A stretch of 64,000 bases of DNA from Thermoprotei archaeon (lineage in GTDB: Archaea; Thermoproteota; Thermoprotei; Gearchaeales; WAQG01), in contig JBMFIF010000002.1 of assembly GCA_049976445.1 (NCBI GenBank), positions 5,115 to 69,114 on the forward strand. Reading direction: 5' to 3'. The position numbers and the translations under genes were made by a program. Of this stretch, positions 20,749 through 29,123 are shown one piece after another. Under the pieces are notes generated by a model that was not told where the DNA came from, searched no databases, and was given only the letters and a program-made list of their open reading frames with translations. Each line of letters begins with the position of its first letter. The first letter of the stretch is position 1.

Positions 20749-21738
20749 AGGACTCGCTTTTATATTAAGCTTCCTATTAATGTATCCTGCTAACTCAGAA
20801 GAGAAACCATATAATGTATAAACCATCTTTGGCCTAGACTCCTCAACATACTTCAGCAATCCCTTAAAATCAGAATGAGAACTTAACGGAAAATACTGTA
20901 AACCATTGTTAGAATTATGATAGTTCAAAGACCAACCAGTACATACTGACCCAACTGCCTTACCAATACTTTTTGAATTTATCATACTAACAATTTTAGA
21001 CACTTCTGATGTCGCAGCAATGATGAGCTCGCCACCATCAAAGACAGACTTTATTTTGTGTTCAATCAGCTCATAATCAAGTTTAAACTTATGTTTATCG
21101 AACACTTTATTAATATTATAAATTCTTTCGGTAACAACCACTCTGCCAAATTCTTTATTAAAAAGATATGTAAGTTCCTGAGCTTTACCTAATGGATACA
21201 CACCAATAACAACTGTACGTCCATCCTTAATATTAGCAGCAACCCATGATAATATTTTTTCATAAATAAAAGAACGTGGAGGAAAAATATAATCCGGACG
21301 ACCATATGTACTCTCAATTATTAATACATCAAGATCTTTCATTATGTATGCAGGATCATCAACGATAGAACCGTAAATATTAAAATCACCAGTATAACCG
21401 ATTCTTAAATTATAAAACTCCAATAAAAATTCTAACGAACCTAAAACATGACCAGCATTATAAGCCTCTACGATAATATCATCATAACTCTTAAAATCGT
21501 TTGGCCGAATAGTACTAACACCTCGGCGCATCTTCCTAACCCTTTGGAAGACTATATCCATAGTAGGAGGAGATAACAATAATACAGAATTGTCATTACC
21601 GTTAACACCTTTAACATGGTCAGAATGAGCATGTGAGATTAAAATCAAGTCACCACTAAACCCTTGCATCGAATCAAAAACAATCCGTTTGCCGCTTAAC
21701 TCCAATAACAACTTTCCATTGTACTCAAGCCTATACAC
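20737..21738 (-). CDS. short metallo-beta-lactamase / beta-CASP nuclease (COG1236-like)
   Basis: MBL motifs ISHAHSDH, GHVLGS, YTGDF, IESTYG and a beta-CASP-type C-terminal SSHSD. 333 aa. Confidence 0.7.
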   Translation of the reverse strand: MYRLEYNGKLLLELSGKRIVFDSMQGFSGDLILISHAHSDHVKGVNGNDNSVLLLSPPTMDIVFQRVRKMRRGVSTIRPNDFKSYDDIIVEAYNAGHVLGSLEFLLEFYNLRIGYTGDFNIYGSIVDDPAYIMKDLDVLIIESTYGRPDYIFPPRSFIYEKILSWVAANIKDGRTVVIGVYPLGKAQELTYLFNKEFGRVVVTERIYNINKVFDKHKFKLDYELIEHKIKSVFDGGELIIAATSEVSKIVSMINSKSIGKAVGSVCTGWSLNYHNSNNGLQYFPLSSHSDFKGLLKYVEESRPKMVYTLYGFSSELAGYINRKLNIKASPLDG

Positions 21739-21937
21739 GCGTTATATCCTCCCTTAACAAATATTTAGCATAATAATCTAAAAAACTTATCGAAGAATTA
21801 ACTTTCATTATAGACTCTAGAAATGAAAAATGAGAGAACAATAAACATTTAAAGATTAGATCATCGCACATTTTTGCTAATTATTAAATACACTAGAATA
21901 TATAACCTCATCAGACGAATAAAACTTGGTGTAAAAA

Positions 21938-22240
21938 ATGATAGATACATATCTGATAAACATGGTGTTTTGGATAACAGTATTCGCTGTAGCAGGAGCA
22001 ATCCTACAGATGAAAACAAAGGCATTCGGAATAACAATAGGCTTAGGTGGTGTAATGTACACACTCTTATCAGCAGTACAAGACGCAGTAAACGCAGGCC
22101 CAACAATACTCGACTACTTCCCATTCCCAGCAGCCGAAGCATTAATAATACCCTCATGGTTCATCTCAATATTACTATTCGTAGTCTCAATGGTAGTAAG
22201 CTTTACAGTAGAACGATCAGTACACCAACCAACATTCTAA
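21938..22240 (+). CDS. small membrane protein (3 predicted TM segments)
   Basis: Of four overlapping ORFs at this locus, this is the only one with a coherent hydrophobic/TM pattern. No family recognised. Confidence 0.35.
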   Translation: MIDTYLINMVFWITVFAVAGAILQMKTKAFGITIGLGGVMYTLLSAVQDAVNAGPTILDYFPFPAAEALIIPSWFISILLFVVSMVVSFTVERSVHQPTF

Positions 22241-22399
22241 CAGCGTACTAAAATTTTTTGTAAAAACTTTTTGTTTTCTAATATCAGGTATTTAAAATTA
22301 ATTTTACTAATATTGTATCACATTTTAATAACAATTTAAATATACTGCTACGTTAAATATTTATTTCACCATTTTTTTATATACCTTGAGGGTAATGTA

Positions 22400-22957
22400 A
22401 TGCTAGTTGAGTTTAAGTTTCATGGAAGAGGCGGTCAAGGTGCCGTGACCGCCGCAGATCTTCTCGTAAAAGCTGCTTATTTGGAAGGCAAATGGGGGCA
22501 ATCATACCCATTCTTTGGTGCTGAACGCAGAGGCGCACCCGTAACCGCATATGCAAGAATTTCAGATAAACCATTAAAAGTTCATTACCAAATTTATGAA
22601 CCTGACGTAGTAGTTGTCTTAGACCCTTCAATACCCAAACTAGTAAACGTAACAAGTGGACTCAAGCAAAACGGCATCATAATAATAAACACTGGAGGAA
22701 GAGAAATAGAATCATTAAAAATAGAACGTGGAACAGTATATACCGTGAACGCAACGGCTATAGCAATAAAACTAAACTTAGTCGTTGCCGGATGGCCAAT
22801 AGTAAATACAGGAATATTAGGCGCCGTAGCAAAAGCAACCAACATAATAAAAATTGAATCACTAGTGAAAGCAATTAAAGACACCTGGAAAGGAAACGCA
22901 GGAGAATCAAACGCTAAAGCAGCACTAATAGCATATGAGGAGGTAACAAAACTATGA
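22400..22957 (+). CDS. porG: pyruvate/2-oxoacid:ferredoxin oxidoreductase gamma subunit
   Basis: FHGRGGQGAVTAADLL N-terminus typical of the gamma subunit. First gene of a gamma-delta-alpha-beta operon. Confidence 0.85.
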   Translation: MLVEFKFHGRGGQGAVTAADLLVKAAYLEGKWGQSYPFFGAERRGAPVTAYARISDKPLKVHYQIYEPDVVVVLDPSIPKLVNVTSGLKQNGIIIINTGGREIESLKIERGTVYTVNATAIAIKLNLVVAGWPIVNTGILGAVAKATNIIKIESLVKAIKDTWKGNAGESNAKAALIAYEEVTKL

Positions 22958-23217
22958 GCATTAAAATACCATTGACACCAATCTCACACCCCACTGTAGG
23001 TGCATCAGGTAAGACTGGCTCATGGAGAACAACAAAACCCATCATTAATTATGATAAATGTAAAGATTGTCTTATATGCTGGATGTACTGCCCCGAAAGC
23101 TCCATAATAAGAACTGAGAAAGATAAAGTATTGATAGAATATGAATACTGTAAAGGTTGTGGAATATGTGCTAATGTCTGTCCATTTAAAGCTATTGATA
23201 TGGTTGAGGAGGAGTGA
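22954..23217 (+). CDS. porD: pyruvate/2-oxoacid:ferredoxin oxidoreductase delta subunit (2x[4Fe-4S] ferredoxin)
   Basis: Two CxxCxxCxxxCP motifs (CKDCLICWMYCP, CKGCGICANVCP). GAGGAGGT SD upstream. 4-nt overlap with porG. Confidence 0.85.
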   Translation: MSIKIPLTPISHPTVGASGKTGSWRTTKPIINYDKCKDCLICWMYCPESSIIRTEKDKVLIEYEYCKGCGICANVCPFKAIDMVEEE

Positions 23218-23220
23218 AAG

Positions 23221-24408
23221 ATGGCACAAACATTAGTCATAAATGGTAATCATGCAGCAGCCTATGGTGCAAAAGTTTCAAAAGTTCAGTTCATATCAGC
23301 ATACCCTATAACACCACAAACTGTTATAGTAGAACGATTAGCGCAAATGGTAGAAAGTGGTGAATTAAACGCAAAATTTATCAGAGTTGAGTCAGAACAC
23401 AGCGCACTCGCAGCATGCATAGGTGCCGCCTCAGCAGGACTTAGAACATTCACAGCAACATCCTCACATGGATTAGCATACATGCATGAAATGATCATTT
23501 GGGCTGCTGGTGCACGATTACCAATAGTAATGCCAGTAGTAACACGAGCTTTCGCACCACCATGGAGTATCTGGGATGAACACACAGACATACTATTAGA
23601 AAGAGATACCGGATGGATAGTATTTATGGCTGAAAACAATCAAGAAGTCTTCGATACAATAATACAAGCTTACAAGATTGCAGAAAACGAAAACGTTCTC
23701 TTACCAGTTATGATAGGAATGGATGCATTCATACTCTCACACACAACAACACCAGTCGAGATACCAGACCAAGAACTTATAGATAACTTCCTCACGCAAG
23801 AGAGCAAAAGACCATTTATCCTAGACCCAAACAACCCGATAACACATGGAAGCCTTACATACCCAGAATGGTATATGGAATTCAGATACCTTCTTTATAA
23901 AGCAATGATAAATGCAAAATCAGTAATAAAAGATACTTCAAACCAATGGGCAAAACTTACCGGAAAATACCATGGAGATCTGATAGATTGTTACAAGTGC
24001 GCAGATGCCGATGTAAACATAATAACAATAGGAGCACCATCCGGTGATGCAAAAGAGGCTGCTGACATACTTAGATCAGAAGGATATAGAACAGGTGTGA
24101 TAAGATTACGCGTGATAAGACCATTTCCATCAGAAGAACTTAGGCAAGCAGCACATAATTCAAAAGTTCTCATAGTAGTAGATAGAAACTTATCACCAGG
24201 AATAGGCGGAATACTATTAAACGAAGTAAAAGCAGCACTACAAACGATGAAAAAACAACCCTTAGTACATGGGTTCATAGCAGGATTAGGAGGACGCGAT
24301 ATAACACTCCAAAACTTTATATCAATGTTCAAGAGAGGTTACGAAATACTAGAAAAAGGTGAAGAGCCAGGTACAGAATGGATCAACCTTAGAAAGGAGG
24401 TGCTCTAA
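23221..24408 (+). CDS. porA: pyruvate/2-oxoacid:ferredoxin oxidoreductase alpha subunit
   Basis: GNHAAAYGA ... ISAYPITPQT N-terminal signature. About 395 aa. GAGGAGG SD upstream. Confidence 0.85.
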   Translation: MAQTLVINGNHAAAYGAKVSKVQFISAYPITPQTVIVERLAQMVESGELNAKFIRVESEHSALAACIGAASAGLRTFTATSSHGLAYMHEMIIWAAGARLPIVMPVVTRAFAPPWSIWDEHTDILLERDTGWIVFMAENNQEVFDTIIQAYKIAENENVLLPVMIGMDAFILSHTTTPVEIPDQELIDNFLTQESKRPFILDPNNPITHGSLTYPEWYMEFRYLLYKAMINAKSVIKDTSNQWAKLTGKYHGDLIDCYKCADADVNIITIGAPSGDAKEAADILRSEGYRTGVIRLRVIRPFPSEELRQAAHNSKVLIVVDRNLSPGIGGILLNEVKAALQTMKKQPLVHGFIAGLGGRDITLQNFISMFKRGYEILEKGEEPGTEWINLRKEVL

Positions 24409-25308
24409 ATTACATCAATAAGAGAAATTCCTAGAGAAGAATACCTATTACCAGGCACAGCAGCATGCCCAGGATGTGGTTTTACAATAGGATTAAGAAT
24501 GGCACTAAAAGCATTAGGACCAAAAGTAATAATGGTTGTACCAGCAGGATGCACCTCAATAATACAAAGCCCATATCCATACGTTTCTATAGGAGTACCA
24601 CTATTAAACATCGCATTTGCTGCAGCAGCATCAACAGCATCAGGAATAGCAGCAGCACTAGAATACAAAGGGGATAAGGAAACCACAGTCCTAGTATGGG
24701 CAGGAGATGGAGGAACAGCAGACATAGGAATACAAGCGCTCAGCGGAGCAGCAGAAAGGGGCGATAATTTCATTTACATATGCTATGACAATGAAGCATA
24801 CATGAATACTGGAATACAAAGAAGCGGAGCAACACCATTCGGAGCATGGACAACAACCACATGGACTGGCAAAAAAGAATTCAAAAAAGACATCCCCATG
24901 ATTATGGCAGCACATAAAATACCTTACATTGCAACAGCATCAATAGCATACCCAATAGACTTCTACGATAAACTAAAGAAAGCCAAAACATACAAAGGAT
25001 TAAAATACTTACACATACACGCACCATGTCCACCAGGCTGGAAAATCCCAACAGACAAAACAGTAGAAATAGCAAAACTCGCAGTAGAAACAGGATTATG
25101 GGTACTCTACGAAATAGAAAACGGAGAGTTTAGACTCACAGGCCCTAGCAAAATACTCATAGACAAAAACAGAAGAAAATCAATAGAACAATACATCAAA
25201 ATACAAGGAAGATTCTCACACATGACAGACGAAGATATAAAAACACTCCAAGAATGGATAGATAAACAATGGGAACAATATACAGAAATGCTTAAACAAC
25301 GAAAATAA
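24409..25308 (+). CDS. porB: pyruvate/2-oxoacid:ferredoxin oxidoreductase beta subunit (TPP-binding); start placed at ATT 24409
   Basis: TPP motif GDGGTADIG. The conserved N-terminal LPGTAACPGCG (Fe-S ligand cysteines) lies between the porA TAA (24406-24408) and the first ATG (24499). That stretch has no ATG, GTG or TTG. GGAGGTG at 24396-24402 is followed after 6 nt by ATT. Confidence 0.8.
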   Translation: MTSIREIPREEYLLPGTAACPGCGFTIGLRMALKALGPKVIMVVPAGCTSIIQSPYPYVSIGVPLLNIAFAAAASTASGIAAALEYKGDKETTVLVWAGDGGTADIGIQALSGAAERGDNFIYICYDNEAYMNTGIQRSGATPFGAWTTTTWTGKKEFKKDIPMIMAAHKIPYIATASIAYPIDFYDKLKKAKTYKGLKYLHIHAPCPPGWKIPTDKTVEIAKLAVETGLWVLYEIENGEFRLTGPSKILIDKNRRKSIEQYIKIQGRFSHMTDEDIKTLQEWIDKQWEQYTEMLKQRK

Positions 25309-25379
25309 ACAAATAACTGACAAAACAATACAGAAACATCACAATGAGTTATCTAAATATATAGCCCATGCATTAACGA

Positions 25380-25571
25380 GCTGGCTTCATCTGCTGGTTC
25401 AGGGAGTGTCACGATTTCCTCGTCACATAGAGAATGCAACACTGAAAAACATGCTAAACGTTGGAACCTTGAACCGTAAGGTGTGCTTTCAACAAACGGA
25501 TTGGAGAACGACCAATGAAGCCTAACCGAAGAAAAAGCTGGAAGCTCTCAACTTAAGTCGAGGAGAGGACG
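25380..25571 (+). pseudogene. 3' remnant of an IS200/IS605-family tnpB gene plus right-end sequence
   Basis: Translates, with an internal stop, to ...RHIENATLKNMLNVGTLNRKVCFQQ...NEA*PKKKLEALNLSRGED. This resembles the TnpB C-terminus (DRD.NAA.NIL..GT.G...NACG...EA..L.RGEDV). It forms a GC-rich patch in AT-rich intergenic DNA. Confidence 0.5.
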
Positions 25572-25952
25572 TTACATACTAAGACTTAATAATGTTAATT
25601 CATCAATTGTTTGATTAAACAATGCCTCATAAAGACCAGCGACCCTCTCTAAAATAATAATACCTTTAGTTAACACGTTATACCTAAACTTTACTTGCAA
25701 CTCATCTATTGGAACAACATCAAAAGGAATTCTTAAAAACTCTTCTAATCTAGCAGAAAGTAATGCATAATATTTAAACTCCTTATTCATAGAATAAATG
25801 GCAATATCAACATCCCTAAAACTTTTTAACTCCACAAAACTACCAAATATGATTGCTAGAAGCACATCTTTTTCACTCTCAAAAAACTCTCTAATGGAAT
25901 TCATGACAGTTTTCTTATCAATCCTATAATACTTAAATCTTGAAAGCATCAC
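25572..25952 (-). CDS. minimal nucleotidyltransferase (MNT) antitoxin-type protein
   Basis: GSFVELKSFRDVDIAIY is the GS-x(n)-DxD NTase motif. Overlaps the upstream HEPN gene by 20 nt. Confidence 0.8.
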   Translation of the reverse strand: MMLSRFKYYRIDKKTVMNSIREFFESEKDVLLAIIFGSFVELKSFRDVDIAIYSMNKEFKYYALLSARLEEFLRIPFDVVPIDELQVKFRYNVLTKGIIILERVAGLYEALFNQTIDELTLLSLSM

Positions 25953-26355
25953 TAATCCTCCTAATAAAATTCATAACATTAACAAAATCACTTCTAATAT
26001 TCTCATATATCTTCTCGTCAATAATAATCCAATATCTATGAACAAGTAAATTTCGCAACTTAAACATGCTCACAAAATCCTTATACTCTTCATCAATCAA
26101 AAGACCCTTATCTCTTAAAATATTTAAGGCATGAATTGAAGATTCAGGTTCAACATTATAAAATCTCCTAACAATGTGAAGAGCTAAAGCACTCAAAGCT
26201 TCAGCAATCACAATGATATGATATCTAACTGCATACCTCTCAGTAAGACTTATTTCTTCAAACGACTTACTAACATAATCACTAATAATATTTATAGATT
26301 CCATAATATCTTTAATAAGTTTCTTAATAAAATCTCTATTAACATCCACTCTCAA
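25933..26355 (-). CDS. HEPN (DUF86) toxin-type protein
   Basis: RNLLVHRYW is the R-x4-H HEPN motif. About 140 aa. Paired with the MNT gene. Confidence 0.8.
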   Translation of the reverse strand: MRVDVNRDFIKKLIKDIMESINIISDYVSKSFEEISLTERYAVRYHIIVIAEALSALALHIVRRFYNVEPESSIHALNILRDKGLLIDEEYKDFVSMFKLRNLLVHRYWIIIDEKIYENIRSDFVNVMNFIRRISDAFKI

Positions 26356-26433
26356 TTCACTCCAAGAAAACTAAGAAACCACAATTTAAAAAGATATTCA
26401 ACAAACTCTCATAAAAACCAAAATAAATAAAAA

Positions 26434-26529
26434 TTAACGGGAATAAGCAAGACGCTCATACAAAAAAGAAGAAAACCAACAGAGCAATACATAAAGATAC
26501 AAGGCGTGTTCTCAAGCATGACTAATGAT
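26434..26529 (+). pseudogene. ghost fragment homologous to the 3' end of porB
   Basis: Translates to LTGISKTLIQKRRKPTEQYIKIQGVFSSMTND, compared with real porB LTGPSKILIDKNRRKSIEQYIKIQGRFSHMTDE (25145-25243). Hand alignment gives roughly 70 percent nucleotide identity over about 96 nt with one codon gap. Confidence 0.55.
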
Positions 26530-26672
26530 AAAAGAAGGACAAACTTCACCCTTCAGGGTGGAGTAAATTTAAATACTCAGACACACTATACTCTACAGTA
26601 GCACCCATAAAGGGGTGTAACCCTCAAGACCTCGGGGAACCCTCGCACCTTCAGGGCGGGGAAGAGGTCAGA
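26526..26672 (+). repeat. tandem/nested IS200/IS605 right-end-like relics (tnpB-tail motif)
   Basis: tgataaaagaaggacaaacttcacccttcagggtgg (26526-26561) and ccttcagggcggggaagaggtcaga (26648-26672) are separated by about 86 nt. Joined, they equal the single copy at 35195-35243 on the opposite strand. Confidence 0.5.
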
Positions 26673-26983
26673 CAAAAATTTAACTATCAATAAAATAATT
26701 AACAATTTTTGAAATATAATATTATTTTGTTATCCTGAATATCCTGCTGTGAGTATAAATAAGTATGTGCTGTTTGTATTAGTTATTATGACTAATGTAT
26801 GATTGCTATTGACCTGTTGTGGTCCTACATCGGCATAAAGTGTTATTAATGTTTTTGGTGTTACGGATTGGGAGTCTTGTCGAATATTATAATATCTGTA
26901 CGGTGGAAATATTATATCGTTTGTGGGTATGTTTGGTATATTTTGGGATGCGTTAGAAGTGTAAATTCTAGTTCTCATGATAA

Positions 26984-28093
26984 CTAAATGAGTTCGTTAA
27001 TTTTAGTAGTAAGTCTTTTATATTCATCTTCAATTTTAAGTGCTAGTTCATCTGGGTTTAATTTCATCTTTATTTGTGCTATTAATGCTGTTCCGCCTGC
27101 TCCTACTCCTTCCTTCACATAACCATTTTCGTACGCTTTAAGTCCATAAAATTTTGATTTCGAAAAATTTAGTGTTGTGGCAATTATTGGTATTTTTTCG
27201 ATTTGGCTTACTAAACCTATAATATCGGAACTCCTGTCTTCTATAATCCATTTAGTGGTTCCAATTGCTACCTTGTCTAAATTAATATTCTTATGTTTCA
27301 ATAGTGCTAGCACTGAAGACATTTGAGTTCCACCGGCTAATAATACATGAGAGTTTATTTTTACTATGCCCTCAGTTAATCCTGCCATAGCTATCATCAC
27401 AGGATCACCAACTTTGCTCGCAGCAAGTAAAGGATTTTCTTTAGCTTGCTTGATACTTAGGTTAGCATTTTTTAAGCTCTCCTCAGCTATCCTTATTTTT
27501 AGATCATGCGGGTTATTAGCATCTGCACTACTTATTTTGTATCTAGCGTCATAACCAAGGGCTAAGAGAAAAGTTAGAGTGGTTGTAGTGCCACCTGGTA
27601 TACTTTCACCGATGAGAACAGTATCAGCTAATAATCCCAACTCTTTACCAAAAAGTTTAGCATTTTCATATATTGTGATCGCATCATCATATTTCATGGC
27701 GTTTCCAGTCCTTATATCATTACCGACAACACCACCTACATCTATGAAAGGAACTTTAGGTTTTACATAACAACCAGCGTTTACTACAAAGAAGGGTATG
27801 TTGAGTAGTTGTAATACTGTCCTAGTTATTATTGCGGGTGTTGGAATACCATCAGGCGTTGTTGGTATTACGTTGAAACTGATAACCTTACCATAAAAAA
27901 GATACTCTATATCACCAGTCGGAGTATATAGTGTTGCTTCGGGGTTAGCCCCAGCTATACTAAGACCAGGAATTTTTGATGTTAATGTTGATCCTATTAC
28001 ATAGACAGCTAGCAGGTTAGATTTTTCTATACGTTTAGTGAATTGTTCTCCTTTTTCAGGCATGTACGCATACATAATACTCATACAAACCAC
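26984..28093 (-). CDS. cobT: archaeal CobT-like protein (UPF0284; nicotinate-nucleotide:dimethylbenzimidazole phosphoribosyltransferase analogue)
   Basis: GSTLTSKIPGLSIAGANPEATLYTPTGDIEYL and ESIPGGTTT match the archaeal CobT-type family pattern. Located in the cobamide cluster. Confidence 0.6.
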   Translation of the reverse strand: MVCMSIMYAYMPEKGEQFTKRIEKSNLLAVYVIGSTLTSKIPGLSIAGANPEATLYTPTGDIEYLFYGKVISFNVIPTTPDGIPTPAIITRTVLQLLNIPFFVVNAGCYVKPKVPFIDVGGVVGNDIRTGNAMKYDDAITIYENAKLFGKELGLLADTVLIGESIPGGTTTTLTFLLALGYDARYKISSADANNPHDLKIRIAEESLKNANLSIKQAKENPLLAASKVGDPVMIAMAGLTEGIVKINSHVLLAGGTQMSSVLALLKHKNINLDKVAIGTTKWIIEDRSSDIIGLVSQIEKIPIIATTLNFSKSKFYGLKAYENGYVKEGVGAGGTALIAQIKMKLNPDELALKIEDEYKRLTTKINELI

Positions 28094-29035
28094 CTAAACA
28101 GGATATGCTCCACATGTTCTACAATATTTTGAATCCGCTGGCACTCCAGCACCACAAAATGAGCATCTTTTTTCATTAGATTTGGGTTTAGGTATATTAC
28201 CGATAATCTCTTTGAACAATTTATAATAATATGCCTGTTCATAATCTCTTAGAATTATTTCTTTGCCCAATTTTTCGAACTCTTCTTTATTAATCATTTT
28301 ACTAATTATCTGTGTGAGGGTTGTGGAACCACTGCCAATTTCGATGGGATCTTTAGTTCTCCATACAATTTCGTCAGGTAGTAATCCTTCTATTGCTTTT
28401 CTGACAATCCATTTTCCATAAATACTGTTTCTTTCTTCATGAACCTTAAATTCAGGAGGAATGCTCAATGCAAAATCCACGAATTCACGATCAATATAAG
28501 GTTGTTCAATCTTTAACCCTAGGCTTTCACCTAGAGGAACAGCTGAAAAGAACCAACGTTCTGATAATTCTTTAATATATTTTTCAAGTTCTTGTGGTTT
28601 CATTTTATACATGTATGAGTAGCCGGCAAACAATTCATCACCACCATCACCTGTTACTATTGATTTGAGACCTAGCTGTTTCGCATAGGATAGTGCTATA
28701 TAAATTGTAATACTATTACGTATTTCCATCGGATCAAAAGTCCTAAGCACGTGAATGACATTTCTAACAGCCTCAAGGGCTTCATCCAATTTGAATATTT
28801 TTATCTTATGATCAAACCCTAAAAATTCTGTTACACGCTTAGAATAATAAAGATCAGGCCCAGGATTTTGTTCAAAAATTGCAGTAATAGCAACCGGTTT
28901 TAGGTTTTTCATTAAAAAGGCTAAAACACTGGTGTCAAGACCCCCAGAAAGAAGTATTGCTTCTCCTTGATGTCTTTTGACTGAAGCTTCCAGCTTATTA
29001 AGAAGTTCTTTTGTTAAAATATTCACTGTAATCAT
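28094..29035 (-). CDS. asparagine synthetase-like ATP pyrophosphatase domain protein (no glutaminase domain) with C-terminal zinc ribbon
   Basis: PP-loop LLSGGLDTS and an AsnB C-domain-like core (GDGGDELFAGY). C-terminal CSFCGAGVPADSKYCRTCG. Confidence 0.6.
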   Translation of the reverse strand: MITVNILTKELLNKLEASVKRHQGEAILLSGGLDTSVLAFLMKNLKPVAITAIFEQNPGPDLYYSKRVTEFLGFDHKIKIFKLDEALEAVRNVIHVLRTFDPMEIRNSITIYIALSYAKQLGLKSIVTGDGGDELFAGYSYMYKMKPQELEKYIKELSERWFFSAVPLGESLGLKIEQPYIDREFVDFALSIPPEFKVHEERNSIYGKWIVRKAIEGLLPDEIVWRTKDPIEIGSGSTTLTQIISKMINKEEFEKLGKEIILRDYEQAYYYKLFKEIIGNIPKPKSNEKRCSFCGAGVPADSKYCRTCGAYPV

Positions 29036-29036
29036 A

Positions 29037-29051
29037 TGGTTGGATTATCCA
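29037..29051. promoter_or_regulatory. candidate operator copy 1 (TGGATTATCCA palindrome) at the asnB-like promoter/start
   Basis: The exact 15-mer tggttggattatcca lies between a TATA-like tttaaata (minus strand, about 29059-29066) and the ATG at 29035. Confidence 0.4.
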
Positions 29052-29123
29052 ATCAAGTATTTAAACTTTTTGTATCCTCATGAAGATTAAACAATATGTC
29101 AGAAACGTTAGCTTTAAATTCTT

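Noticed and set aside
21861-22251. Four mutually overlapping ORFs upstream of the por operon
   Set aside because: Only the 100-aa plus-strand frame (21938-22240) has a coherent transmembrane pattern. The Leu/Arg-rich and Asn/Arg-rich alternatives look like frame artefacts. Even the retained call is low confidence.
24406-24408. TAA readthrough producing a PorA-PorB fusion, or reassignment of TAA
   Set aside because: TAA terminates many other well-defined genes in the window, so reassignment is excluded. Readthrough cannot be ruled out. However, a consensus SD at ideal spacing before ATT, and a second SD-ATT case at the PiT gene, favour independent AUU initiation. It is kept as the alternative in the finding.
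25380-25571. GC-rich 190-nt intergenic patch considered as a structured housekeeping RNA (RNase P, SRP/7S) or a tRNA
   Set aside because: I could not find any conserved RNase P (GGAAAGUCC-type P4) or SRP motifs, or a tRNA cloverleaf/T-loop. The region translates instead into a recognisable, stop-interrupted TnpB C-terminus and matches the other right-end relics.
26730-26978. 82-aa ORF downstream of the cobT-like gene
   Set aside because: It has no motif, no TM or signal peptide, and no obvious SD. It sits in relic-rich DNA. It cannot be supported as a gene from sequence alone and is left unannotated.
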